Shown: positions 1-9,022 of the stretch, piece by piece
How positions within the stretch are numbered: position 1 is the stretch's first letter
Layout of the letters: every line of letters starts with the position of its first letter
Assembly (NCBI RefSeq): GCF_001457595.1
Contig: NZ_LN831039.1
Coordinates: forward strand, 780,001 to 812,000
DNA: 32,000 nucleotides
Direction of reading: 5' to 3'
From: Mycolicibacterium smegmatis
Lineage (GTDB): Bacteria > Actinomycetota > Actinomycetes > Mycobacteriales > Mycobacteriaceae
Notes under the pieces: generated by a model
Databases searched by the model: none
What the model saw: only the letters and a program-made list of their open reading frames with translations
What the model was told of the DNA's origin: nothing
Made by a program: the position numbers and the translations under genes

Positions 1-1
1 C

Positions 2-568
2 AAGACCGGGTTCACCACCGGCCCGGGCGGCGTCACCGCCTCGAGTGGGGTGGTGCCCGACATCGTCTGTCTCGCCAAGGCGCTCGGCGGGGGTATCGCC
101 GTCGCGGCCATCGGCGGCACCACGCGCGTCATGTCGGCCATCGCCGACGGACGCTACGAACAGGTCGGCACGTTCAACGGCAACCCCCTGGCGATGGCGG
201 CCACCCGCGCCACCCTGAGCGAGGTGCTCACCGACGAGGCGTACGCGCATCTGGACTCTCTGGCCGCAGACCTGCGCGAGCGGTTGACGAGCGTGATCAC
301 CGAGCACGGGGTTGACTGGCACGTGGTGGCCGTCGGCGCGAAAGGGTGCGTGACCTTCCGCAAGGAACCGGTGCGGGAATATCGTGATTTCCTGCAGATC
401 GACGACCGCCTCGGCCATCTGCACTGGCTGATGCAGCACAACGGCGGTGTTTTCCTGCCGCCATGGGGGAAGGTGGAGCAATGGCTGCTGTCCGTCCAGC
501 ACGACACCGCCGATGTCGACCGGTTCGTCGCCAACTTCGCACGCCTCGCCGCGGCGGTGGCCAACTGA
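2..568 (+). CDS. Class-III PLP-dependent aminotransferase (GSA-aminomutase-like), C-terminal part; the 5' end lies outside the window
   Basis: The frame is open from the window edge to TGA at 566-568. The translation [10 protein letters not shown]...[15 protein letters not shown]...[12 protein letters not shown] carries the PLP-lysine region and downstream motif typical of class-III aminotransferases. GC3 is high. Confidence 0.8.
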   Translation, partial: KTGFTTGPGGVTASSGVVPDIVCLAKALGGGIAVAAIGGTTRVMSAIADGRYEQVGTFNGNPLAMAATRATLSEVLTDEAYAHLDSLAADLRERLTSVITEHGVDWHVVAVGAKGCVTFRKEPVREYRDFLQIDDRLGHLHWLMQHNGGVFLPPWGKVEQWLLSVQHDTADVDRFVANFARLAAAVAN

Positions 569-584
569 GCGCGGAGGCCGGCCG

Positions 585-1742
585 GTGACCGGCGGTGCCA
601 TCCGCCTGCACCAGTTGGCCAAGGCGTTCGAAGGGGTGCCCGCGGTCGCCGGTATCGACCTGGACATTCCTGCCGGACAGTTCTATTCGCTGCTCGGCGC
701 GTCCGGCTGCGGCAAGACCACCACGCTGCGCATGATCGCCGGATTCGAGAAGCCCGACTCGGGCCGCATCGAACTCGACGGCCGCGACGTCGCGAGCGAC
801 CCGCCCCACAAACGTCCCGTCAACACCGTCTTCCAGACCTACGCGCTGTTCCCGTTCATGAGCGTGTGGGACAACGTCGCCTTCGGCCTGCGCTACCAGA
901 AGGCCCCGCGCGCCGAGGTCACCCGCCGCGTCGGAGAGGCCCTCGAACTGGTCCGCATGGCGGAGTTCGCCAAACGCAAACCCGCACAACTGTCCGGTGG
1001 ACAGCAGCAGCGAGTGGCACTCGCGCGCGCCCTGGTGCTGCGGCCCAGGGTGCTTCTGCTCGACGAACCGCTCGGGGCGCTCGACGCCAAGCTGCGCAAG
1101 CAGTTGCAGCTCGAACTGCGGGCCCTGCAGCGCGAGGTCGGCATCACGTTCGTGTACGTCACGCACGACCAGGAAGAAGCGCTCACGATGAGCGACCAGA
1201 TCGCGGTGATGGCCGAGGGGCGCGTCGAACAGGTCGGCGCACCCACCGAGATCTATTCGGCCCCCGCCACGACGTACGTCGCCGGATTTCTGGGCGCTGC
1301 CAACATCTTCGACGCCGAGCTCACCGAGGCGCCGGGGGCGACCGGCGGTGCGGCGGTGTGCACCGCGATGTCGACGCGACTGAGCGCCTGGGTGGACGGC
1401 GCTGCGGCGCCGGGTCCGGCCGCGATCGTCATCCGCCCCGAGCGCATCACGCTCCAGGGCCCCGACGAGCCCGTCGCGGCGGGTAGCAACGTCATCACGG
1501 GAACCGTGTCACACGTGGTGTACCTGGGTGCCTCGACGCAGGTCCATGTCGACGTGGGGGAGGCCAATTGGCTGGTGGTCGAGGTGCCCAATCATGCCGG
1601 GCCGCAGTCGGTGAGCCAGCAGGCCGGCGCGCGGGTGCACTGCGTGTGCACCCCGGACGCGGTTCGCGTGTTGACACGCAGCCCGGTTGCGGTGATCGCC
1701 GACCCGGTGGTGGAGCCGGAAACCGCGCTCAGCGCGCACTGA
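585..1742 (+). CDS. ABC transporter ATP-binding protein, PotA/spermidine-putrescine-import type
   Basis: GTG at 585 is preceded by GGAGG (573-577). Motifs present: Walker [10 protein letters not shown], signature [15 protein letters not shown], Walker B VLLLDEP, H-loop VTHDQEEA, and a C-terminal TOBE-like extension. The part of the 447 ORF upstream of 585 overlaps the preceding gene. Confidence 0.9.
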   Translation: MTGGAIRLHQLAKAFEGVPAVAGIDLDIPAGQFYSLLGASGCGKTTTLRMIAGFEKPDSGRIELDGRDVASDPPHKRPVNTVFQTYALFPFMSVWDNVAFGLRYQKAPRAEVTRRVGEALELVRMAEFAKRKPAQLSGGQQQRVALARALVLRPRVLLLDEPLGALDAKLRKQLQLELRALQREVGITFVYVTHDQEEALTMSDQIAVMAEGRVEQVGAPTEIYSAPATTYVAGFLGAANIFDAELTEAPGATGGAAVCTAMSTRLSAWVDGAAAPGPAAIVIRPERITLQGPDEPVAAGSNVITGTVSHVVYLGASTQVHVDVGEANWLVVEVPNHAGPQSVSQQAGARVHCVCTPDAVRVLTRSPVAVIADPVVEPETALSAH

Positions 1743-1748
1743 GCGCGG

Positions 1749-2438
1749 TCAGCGGCGGCGCGGCTGCGAAGCCTTGGCCGACTTGGTGGCCTTCGCGGGC
1801 TTGCGGCCCGAGGCCTTCTTGGGCGGCAGATCGAGCTCACGCTCGCAAAACCGCATCGCGATCTGGTAGGCGACCTCCGCGTCGACCTCGGGATCATCGA
1901 GGGCCACCTGGATGGACAACCCGTCGAGCAGGGCCGAGAACTCCAGGGCGAAGAGCTTGGCGTCCACACCGCTGCGCAGCTCGCCGGGTTCGGCGGATTC
2001 CAGCGCGTCGATGATCATGCGGCGCCACCGCGCGTCCAGTTCGATGCGGCCGGCCTTGACCTCGTCATGCCGGAAAGCCTGCGCCCACAGGTCGAACCAC
2101 AGGCCCCACGCGCCGGGGATGTCATCGGTGCCGCCGTCGGGGACGCACGTCCAGCGGATCAGCAGCGACAACCGCTCGCGCAGCGAGGACACCTCGGCGA
2201 GCATCTGTTCGGCGGCGGTGTAGAACGATTCCTCGGAGTGCCGCAGCGCGTCGACGAGCAGCCGGTCGCGCGTGCCGAAGTAGTAGATGACCAGGGCCGA
2301 GCTGACGCCGGCACGCTTGGCGACATCGGCGATGCGGGTGTCGGAGAAACCGCGCTCGCAGATGAGTTCTGCTGCGGTGCGCAGCATCTGGATCCGCCGA
2401 GCCTCGTTGTTCTCGGTGGCCGGTGCCGGATCTGCCAT
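1749..2438 (-). CDS. TetR-family transcriptional regulator with a Lys/Ala-rich basic C-terminal tail
   Basis: The N-terminal HTH reads RIQMLRTAAELICERGFSDTRIADVAKRAGVSSALVIYYFGTRDRLL. It is divergent from the 2556 gene. The tail reads PPKKASGRKPAKATKSAKASQPRRR. Confidence 0.9.
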   Translation of the reverse strand: MADPAPATENNEARRIQMLRTAAELICERGFSDTRIADVAKRAGVSSALVIYYFGTRDRLLVDALRHSEESFYTAAEQMLAEVSSLRERLSLLIRWTCVPDGGTDDIPGAWGLWFDLWAQAFRHDEVKAGRIELDARWRRMIIDALESAEPGELRSGVDAKLFALEFSALLDGLSIQVALDDPEVDAEVAYQIAMRFCERELDLPPKKASGRKPAKATKSAKASQPRRR

Positions 2439-2476
2439 TCTCTGCGAACTCCCTCCACAAGTGGCGACGCTGCTAC

Positions 2477-2517
2477 TTGTCCAAAGCCTAACACTTCGTT
2501 AGATTGAACAGTCAGTC
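2477..2517 (+). promoter_or_regulatory. Putative sigma-A-type promoter overlapped by a candidate TetR operator
   Basis: -35 TTGTCC (2477-2482), 17-nt spacer, -10 TAGATT (2500-2505). The imperfect inverted repeat GATTGA-ACAG-TCAGTC (2502-2517) overlaps the -10 and the predicted start. A second small palindrome, CTAAC-ACTTC-GTTAG, lies at 2488-2502. Nearly the same motif recurs at 7499-7517. Confidence 0.4.
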
Positions 2518-2555
2518 AGGATGCCTGTCGCGGTGACGCGAGGTGGGAGTCTCCG

Positions 2556-4217
2556 ATGTCGAACAACTACGACGCACTGGTGATCGGCGGCGGCCACAAC
2601 GGTCTGGTCTCGGCCGCGTATCTGGCCCGCGCAGGCGCCCGCACGTTGGTCCTCGAATCCCGGTCGTCGCTCGGTGGTGCCGCGACCACCGAAGCGCCGT
2701 GGGATGATGCGCCGCACCTGCGGGTCACGCGCCTGTCCTACGTCATGAGCCTCATGCCGCCGACCATCGTGCGCGATCTCGCCCTCGAACGCCACGGCTA
2801 CAAGGTCCATCCCATGGGGCCCTACTACCAGGCCTTCCCCGAAGGCGGATCGCTGACGATCTACGAGGACGATCCGGCGCGCACCTACGAACAACTGTCC
2901 CGGTTCTCGAAGAAGGACGCCGACGCGTGGCCCAAGTGGAACGCGTGGCTCGAAGGCATCGCCGACGTCATGGGCCCGCTGTTGACACAGGTGCCGCCCA
3001 ACATCGGCTCGCACCGTCCTGCTGATCTGCTCGACCTCGCCAAACTCGCGTGGGGGCAACGGGGGATCACGTCGCGCGCCGTCGCCGACATCACGCGTTT
3101 GCTCACCATGAGCATCGCCGACCTGCTCGACGACTGGTTCGAATCCCCCCAGATCAAAGGCGCACTCGCGGTCAACGGCGTGATCGGCACGTGGGCCGGC
3201 CCGTACGAGCCCGGCACCGCGTACGTGATGGCGCACCACTCGATCGGCGACGTCGGCGACGGTCAGTTGGGCAGCTGGGGATTCCCCGAAGGTGGTATGG
3301 GCGCGGTGTCCGCCGCGATCGCGTGCTCGGCGCGCAGTTTCGGCGCCGAAATCCGTACCAACGCACGGGTTTCACGCCTGCTGGTGCGCAACGGACGCGT
3401 CGAGGGTGCCGTGCTGGACAACGGCGACGAGATCCACGCCCCTGTGGTGGTCACCACGTTGCACCCGAAAACCGCGTTCCTGGACCATATCCCGCGCACC
3501 GAACTGCCCCAGGACTTCGTCGGCGACATCGAGCACTGGAAGTCCCGCAGCGGCGTCGTCAAGATCAACCTGGCGCTGGCCGAGCTGCCGAACTTCACCG
3601 CCGACCCCAGCTCCGGCATCGCCGAGCACCACACCGGATCGGTCGAGATGGCCCCCACCATGGAGTTCATCGAGGCCGCGTTCCAGGATGCCCGCAACGG
3701 CAAACCCGCGCTGTTGCCGTTCAGCGACGGCGTCATCCCCACCACACTCGACACCACGCTCAATCCCGATGGCACACACATCATGTCGCTGTTCACACAG
3801 TGGGTTCCCGCCGAGTGGGCAGCCGAGCCGCACACCGAGGAACTCGACGCGTACGCCGACCGCCTCATCGAGCTGTACGACCAGGTGGCCCCCGGCTTCA
3901 AGGCGTCGATCACCCACCGCGACATCGTGGGCCCGTACGACATGGAGCATGAGTACGGTTTGATCGGCGGCAACATCTTCCACGGCGAACTGTCGCTGGA
4001 GCAGCTGTTCCACATGCGGCCCGCACCCGGCTACGCCGACTACCGCACACCTATCGCCGGTCTGTACAACGGCAGTTCGGCCACCCACGCCGGGGGCGGA
4101 GTGTGCGGCATCCCCGGCTGGCAGGCCGCGCGCGCGGTGCTGGCCGACAAGAAGCGCGCACGCCGAAGCGAGGCCCTGCGTAAGCGACTGCCCGCGGCAC
4201 TGGGCGGGCGCTCCTGA
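2556..4217 (+). CDS. NAD(P)/FAD-dependent oxidoreductase, phytoene-desaturase (CrtI)-like family
   Basis: The N-terminal dinucleotide fold reads YDALVIGGGHNGLVSAAYLARAGARTLVLESRSSLGG. The 553-aa length and the C-terminal GLYNGSSATHAGGGVCGIPG motif are typical of CrtI-like amine-oxidase-fold flavoproteins. Confidence 0.85.
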   Translation: MSNNYDALVIGGGHNGLVSAAYLARAGARTLVLESRSSLGGAATTEAPWDDAPHLRVTRLSYVMSLMPPTIVRDLALERHGYKVHPMGPYYQAFPEGGSLTIYEDDPARTYEQLSRFSKKDADAWPKWNAWLEGIADVMGPLLTQVPPNIGSHRPADLLDLAKLAWGQRGITSRAVADITRLLTMSIADLLDDWFESPQIKGALAVNGVIGTWAGPYEPGTAYVMAHHSIGDVGDGQLGSWGFPEGGMGAVSAAIACSARSFGAEIRTNARVSRLLVRNGRVEGAVLDNGDEIHAPVVVTTLHPKTAFLDHIPRTELPQDFVGDIEHWKSRSGVVKINLALAELPNFTADPSSGIAEHHTGSVEMAPTMEFIEAAFQDARNGKPALLPFSDGVIPTTLDTTLNPDGTHIMSLFTQWVPAEWAAEPHTEELDAYADRLIELYDQVAPGFKASITHRDIVGPYDMEHEYGLIGGNIFHGELSLEQLFHMRPAPGYADYRTPIAGLYNGSSATHAGGGVCGIPGWQAARAVLADKKRARRSEALRKRLPAALGGRS

Positions 4218-4261
4218 ACGCGCACGTCACAGTCGGCGATCTGACGGCACGGCGCGCCGCC

Positions 4262-6289
4262 GTGGCCACCATGCTCGGCGCGCGGTCGATGGCCGTGATC
4301 GGCGCCAGCGCGCGCCCGGGCAGTTTCGGCGAGCGCATGGTGATCGAGGCCCGGCGAGGCTCGGCGCGAACACATCTGGTGAACCCCCGCTACCGCCGTA
4401 TCGGCGACCTCCCGTGCCACGCGTCGCTCGACGACCTCGACGAGGTACCCGACCTGGTGCTGCTGGGGGTCCCCGACGACGCGCTGATCGACCAACTGCA
4501 GGCCGCGGCCGCTGCCGGTGTGCGTTCGGCGGTGCTGTTCGGATCGGCGCACGGGGCCGGGATGCGCAGGGCCATCACCGACATCGCGACGCGCGCGGGG
4601 ATGGCGTTGTGCGGTGCCGGGTGCATGGGCTTCGTCAACACCGTCACCGGCGTGCGTGCTCTGGGCTATCTGGAGCCGGATCCGCTTCCCGCCGGCGGCG
4701 TATCGCTGGTGACGCACTCCGGGTCGGCGTTCTCGACCCTGCTGCGCGCGCGTCGCGGATTCGGATTCCGCCTCGCGGTGTCGTCCGGGCAGGAGCTCGT
4801 CACCGACACGGCCGACTACGTCGAATACGCGCTGGACGATCCCGGCACCCAGGTGATCGGCTTGCTGCTGGAGACCCCCCGCGCGGCGCCCCGCCTGCGT
4901 AACGTTTTGCGGCAGGCCGCCGAACGGGACGTCCCGGTCGTCATCCTCACGGTCGGCGGTTCACCGCGGGGACGTGCGATGGTGGCCGCGCACTCCGGCG
5001 CGCTGGCGGGCGACGCCGCGGGCTGGGCGGCGTTCTGCGCCTCCACGGGAGCGGTCCGTACCACCGACCTCACCGAGTTCACCGACACGCTCGAGCTTTT
5101 CGCGTGTGAGGCGCGGTCCGGGCGGCTTCAGCGACGGGGAGGGGGTAGGGGGATCGCGACTGTGCACGACTCGGGTGCCGAGCGTGCCCTGTGCGCGGAC
5201 GTGGCCCACGAGATCGGCGTCGAGTTCGCCGAGTTGTCACCGCGGACGCTGGGCGTGATCGGTGATCTGCTGGACGACGGGTTGACTCCGTCGAACCCGC
5301 TCGACATGTGGGGCACGGGTGCCGATACCCGGACGGTGTTCGGGGGTTGTCTGCGTGCGATGGTCGAGGACCCGGCGGTCGCGGTCACGGCGTTGGCCGT
5401 CGACCTGGTCACCGAGTACGACGGCGACACGGCCTACACCGATGCCGTGCTCGACGTCGAGGGTCAGGCGCCGCTGGCGGTGCTGGCCTCGGTGCCGTCG
5501 GCGATCGACCCGGTGATGGCGCAGCGACTGCGTGACCGTGGGGTGGCCGTGCTGGAGGGCATGCGCAGCGGTCTGGCGGCCATGGGACATCTCGCGGCGT
5601 GGCCGCTCCTGGTGGACACAGAACCTGTTGTGGTCGACCCGGTTCGGCGTGACCGGTGGTCGCGGGCCACGGGTCCGGCGTTCGACCTGCTGGCCGATTA
5701 CGGCGTCGCGGTGCCCGATTCCCGGCCGGCGCACTCGCGTGTCGAGGTGGTCGCGGCCGCCGCCGCGATCGGTTACCCGGTCGCGGTGAAAACCGCGGGG
5801 GCGGCGCACAAGAGCGACGTCGGGGGAGTGGTGCTGGGCGTGAGCGGGCCCGACGAGGTGGTGGCCGTGTACGACGACATGGCGGCCCGGCTGGGACCGG
5901 CCGTGAGCGTCGATGCCATGGTGCCCGCAGGGGTCGAGGTCTCGGTCGGATTCGTGCGCGACGCGGCCTTCGGTCCGCTGGTGGTGGTCGCGGCCGGTGG
6001 GGTGGCGGTGGAACTGCACGGCGACCGTGTCGTGGTGTGCCCGCCGGTGTCACGCACCACGGCACGACGCATCGTCGATCAGCTCCGGATCGCGCCCCTG
6101 CTCACCGGGTGGCGCGGCGGACCGGTTGCCGACATCGACGCACTGGTGGACGTGATCGTCGCGTTCTCGGCCATGGCGGTCGAACTCGGCGACATGCTCG
6201 ACGCGGTCGAGGCGAACCCTGTGATCGTGTCGGCCACCGGTGCGGTCGCCGTCGACGCGTTGGTGGTGCCTAACTCGGTGCCCGGCTGA
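4262..6289 (+). CDS. Acetate--CoA ligase family protein (ADP-forming acyl-CoA synthetase: CoA-binding, ligase-CoA and ATP-grasp domains)
   Basis: The N-terminal CoA-binding motif is SMAVIGASARPGSFG. The C-terminal ATP-grasp region reads IGYPVAVKTAGAAHKSDVGGVVLGV. Start is GTG at 4262, with an alternative ATG at 4271. Confidence 0.8.
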   Translation: MATMLGARSMAVIGASARPGSFGERMVIEARRGSARTHLVNPRYRRIGDLPCHASLDDLDEVPDLVLLGVPDDALIDQLQAAAAAGVRSAVLFGSAHGAGMRRAITDIATRAGMALCGAGCMGFVNTVTGVRALGYLEPDPLPAGGVSLVTHSGSAFSTLLRARRGFGFRLAVSSGQELVTDTADYVEYALDDPGTQVIGLLLETPRAAPRLRNVLRQAAERDVPVVILTVGGSPRGRAMVAAHSGALAGDAAGWAAFCASTGAVRTTDLTEFTDTLELFACEARSGRLQRRGGGRGIATVHDSGAERALCADVAHEIGVEFAELSPRTLGVIGDLLDDGLTPSNPLDMWGTGADTRTVFGGCLRAMVEDPAVAVTALAVDLVTEYDGDTAYTDAVLDVEGQAPLAVLASVPSAIDPVMAQRLRDRGVAVLEGMRSGLAAMGHLAAWPLLVDTEPVVVDPVRRDRWSRATGPAFDLLADYGVAVPDSRPAHSRVEVVAAAAAIGYPVAVKTAGAAHKSDVGGVVLGVSGPDEVVAVYDDMAARLGPAVSVDAMVPAGVEVSVGFVRDAAFGPLVVVAAGGVAVELHGDRVVVCPPVSRTTARRIVDQLRIAPLLTGWRGGPVADIDALVDVIVAFSAMAVELGDMLDAVEANPVIVSATGAVAVDALVVPNSVPG

Positions 6290-7499
6290 CCTGTTCGGGA
6301 AACGGTAGCGAAATCGGTTCGGGGGCAACACGGCTGTGCCCCTCGGCGTCGAACCGGTCGAGCCCCAGGTCGGTCAGATCGAGCCACGCACATGTTCCTG
6401 TGGTGGTGAGGTCGGCGGCCACCTGGGCCACCGCCGGGCCCCACATCATGCCGTGCCCGGCCGGGCTGGCCACCACCGTACCGTCGATCGGGCCGTCGTC
6501 GCCGATCAGCGGTCCGAGGATGGGCAGATGGTCGGGGGTGTAGTCGATGGTCGCGGCCCACGCCCGTCGCAGACCCAATCCCTTGACCACGGGCAGCAGT
6601 TCACCGATCCGGTGGCGCATCTTGTCGTAGTACACCCAGTCGAACTCGCGGGCCGCGCCGGGCAATTCCTCCGGATTGCTCATCCCCCACAGCAGACCGC
6701 CGGATTCCCCGGGCCGCCAATAAATCCCCGACATCAGGTCGAAGACCATGGGCAGTGCGTGCACATCGACAGGCAGTGGCTCGGTGACCACCACCTGGTG
6801 GCGGGTCCCGCCGGCCGGGATGCGCCCGCCTGCGCGGCTGCCGACCTCGGAGAGCTGCGGACCGCCGGTGAGCACCACGTGCCCGGTGTCGACGGGGCCG
6901 GCGGAGGTGTCGACGCCGACGACGCGGCCCGACTCGGTGCGCAGGCCGAGGAACGTGCAGTGCTCGCGCACATCGACACGGTGGACGGCGAGTGCGGCAC
7001 TGTACGCCAACACGTTTCGCGGCGCGTCGATGTATCCGTCACCGGGCGCGTAGGACGCGCCCATGGTGACGCCGGGGGACAGGCCCGTCTCGCGCGCGTC
7101 GATGTCGGACGACGAGAGCCATTCGACCTGCAACCCGAGGCTCTTCTGCAGCGCGATGCGCGCGTGCGCCTGCTGCACCTCGGCCTCGCTGAAGCACGGC
7201 ATGAGATAGCCCTGTGCCCGGAACCCGCAGTCCAGGGGGAAGCGGTCCCCGCTCTCGCGGTAGAAGTCCTGCGCCCGCATGCCCAAGCGGATGGCCGTCT
7301 CGGTGCCGCCCTGAGCGCGCACCATGCCCGCGGCGCGACTGCTCGCGCCGTCACCGAGGGTGGCCGCCTCGAGCAGAACCACGTGTTCCACACCGCTTTC
7401 GGCGAGCAGCACGGCGGTCCACGCGCCGACGGTGCCGCCGCCGACCACCACGACATCGGCCGTGGAAGATGAGCTGGTCATACTCCGAAACCGTGGCAT
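6270..7499 (-). CDS. FAD-dependent oxidoreductase, DAO / sarcosine-oxidase-beta-like
   Basis: The dinucleotide fold reads ADVVVVGGGTVGAWTAVLLAESG, and the DAO-family body ends ...SPAGHGMMWGPA. The start is ambiguous (ATG 7499 or ATG 7481, 'MTSSSS'). The 3' end overlaps the convergent 4262 gene by 20 nt. Confidence 0.85.
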   Translation of the reverse strand: MPRFRSMTSSSSTADVVVVGGGTVGAWTAVLLAESGVEHVVLLEAATLGDGASSRAAGMVRAQGGTETAIRLGMRAQDFYRESGDRFPLDCGFRAQGYLMPCFSEAEVQQAHARIALQKSLGLQVEWLSSSDIDARETGLSPGVTMGASYAPGDGYIDAPRNVLAYSAALAVHRVDVREHCTFLGLRTESGRVVGVDTSAGPVDTGHVVLTGGPQLSEVGSRAGGRIPAGGTRHQVVVTEPLPVDVHALPMVFDLMSGIYWRPGESGGLLWGMSNPEELPGAAREFDWVYYDKMRHRIGELLPVVKGLGLRRAWAATIDYTPDHLPILGPLIGDDGPIDGTVVASPAGHGMMWGPAVAQVAADLTTTGTCAWLDLTDLGLDRFDAEGHSRVAPEPISLPFPEQVSRAPS

Positions 7500-7516
7500 A
7501 GACTGAACGATCAGTC
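7475..7516 (+). promoter_or_regulatory. Putative promoter plus perfect inverted-repeat operator, second copy of the 2500-region motif
   Basis: -35-like TGGTCA (7475-7480), 18-nt spacer, -10 TAGACT (7499-7504). The perfect inverted repeat GACTGA-ACGA-TCAGTC lies at 7501-7516. It matches the site at 2500-2519 in 16 of 20 positions. Confidence 0.4.
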
Positions 7517-7556
7517 AAGAGGTCGAGGGCGCCGCCGAAGAGATGGGGTACACCGC

Positions 7557-8735
7557 ATGTACGGGCTGAGCGACGAGGACTTGCGCATCCGCGACACGGC
7601 ATCCGCATTCGCCGAATCCCTGATGCCGTATGAGGCCGAAGCCGAGGCCGCGGGCGGCAAGATGCCCAAGGAACTGACGGAGAAGTTCCAGGCCCGCGCA
7701 ATCGAATTGGGCCTGTATGCCACGAACATCCCGAAATCCGCGGGCGGCCCCGGCTGCACCGCGCTGCAGCAGGTTCTGGTCCAGGAGCAGGTCGGGCGCG
7801 TGACCAACGGCCTGGCGTGGGTCATGCACACCCCGCCGCAGTGGTGGGTCGAAGTCGCCACCGACCATCAGCGACAACGGTGGCTGCTACCGACGGTGCG
7901 CGGCGAGAAGCACGAGGCCTATGCGATCACCGAGGAGTTCGCCGGCTCCGACGTGTCCGACCTCGCGGCCACCGCCCGCCGAGAGGGCGACGAGTACGTC
8001 ATCAACGCCGTCAAGTGGCACGTCACGTCGTTCAACCTCGCCGACTACGTGTTCGTGCAGGCCGTGCTCGAAAACGGTGACCACGCAGGCGATCACGTAC
8101 TGCTCGTGGTGGATCTTCCCTCACCCGGCGTCGAGGTGGTCCGCACACCGCAGTACAGCCACCACATCGCCGACGAGCACCCCATCGTGGCGTTCACCGA
8201 TGTGCGGGTGCCCGCGACGCATCTCGTCGGCGCCGAGGGACAGGGCATGACGTTCACGCAGGACTGGTTCCGGTTCGAACGGCTCATGGTCGCGGCGCGC
8301 TGCGTGGGAGCCGCCCAGCGCCTGCTCGACGAGACGACGGCCTTCGCCCGGACCCGCATCGTCGACGGCAAGCCGCTGGGCGACCACCAACTCGTGGCGG
8401 GCATGCTCGCCGACAGCGCCACCGAACTGTTCGCGGCCCGCACCATGCTCTACGAGGTGGCCCGGTCCATCGATGCGGGGCTGGACCGCAAGACCCTGCA
8501 CGGGCAGGCCTCGATGGCCAAGCTGTACTGCTCGGAGATGGCCGGACGGGCCGCTGATCGCGCCGTGCAGGTGTTCGGAGGTCGCGGCTACATGCGGGAG
8601 AACGTCGCCGAACGCATGTTCCGGGAGTTGCGCGTCGAGCGGATCTGGGAAGGCGCCAGCGAGATCCAACGGATCATCGTGGCCCGCCAGCTGATGAACC
8701 GCGGACCGCAGGCGCTTCTGGGCACAGCCGGCTGA
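7557..8735 (+). CDS. Acyl-CoA dehydrogenase family protein
   Basis: YAITEEFAGSDVS matches the ACAD N-domain motif, and C-terminal ERIWEGASEIQRIIVARQL matches the IYEGTSEIQ-type motif. The 392-aa length fits the family. Confidence 0.9.
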   Translation: MYGLSDEDLRIRDTASAFAESLMPYEAEAEAAGGKMPKELTEKFQARAIELGLYATNIPKSAGGPGCTALQQVLVQEQVGRVTNGLAWVMHTPPQWWVEVATDHQRQRWLLPTVRGEKHEAYAITEEFAGSDVSDLAATARREGDEYVINAVKWHVTSFNLADYVFVQAVLENGDHAGDHVLLVVDLPSPGVEVVRTPQYSHHIADEHPIVAFTDVRVPATHLVGAEGQGMTFTQDWFRFERLMVAARCVGAAQRLLDETTAFARTRIVDGKPLGDHQLVAGMLADSATELFAARTMLYEVARSIDAGLDRKTLHGQASMAKLYCSEMAGRAADRAVQVFGGRGYMRENVAERMFRELRVERIWEGASEIQRIIVARQLMNRGPQALLGTAG

Positions 8736-8758
8736 GTTCGCCGACGGTCGGCTGTGCC
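8721..8758 (+). terminator. Hairpin spanning the acyl-CoA dehydrogenase stop codon (10-bp stem)
   Basis: GGCACAGCCG (8721-8730) pairs perfectly with CGGCTGTGCC (8749-8758). The 18-nt loop contains the TGA stop. There is no clear U-tract, which is common in mycobacteria. Confidence 0.4.
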
Positions 8759-8780
8759 CAGGAGTCGCTACTGTGATGGC

Positions 8781-8990
8781 ATGCGAAGTGTCGGCGCGGT
8801 TGTCCTCGGCATCGTGGGTGTGTTCGTCACATTGTGCGGCCTGCTGTTCGCGCTGCAGGGTTTCGGTGTGGTGGGCGGCAGTCCGATGAGCAACACCACC
8901 ACGTGGTCGATCCTCGGCCCGATCATCCTGCTCGTGGGGGTCGGCATCGCAGTGACCGGATGGCGCGTCGGGCGGGCGTCCCGTCGCTGA
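8781..8990 (+). CDS. Small membrane protein with two predicted TM helices (69 aa)
   Basis: The translation MRSVGAVVLGIVGVFVTLCGLLFALQGF...WSILGPIILLVGVGIAVTGWRVGRASRR shows two hydrophobic spans and a basic C-terminus. The start is uncertain (ATG 8781 or GTG 8754). Confidence 0.5.
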   Translation: MRSVGAVVLGIVGVFVTLCGLLFALQGFGVVGGSPMSNTTTWSILGPIILLVGVGIAVTGWRVGRASRR

Positions 8991-9022
8991 CCCCTGAGGG
9001 TTCGACCGGCCGCATTCGGGGT

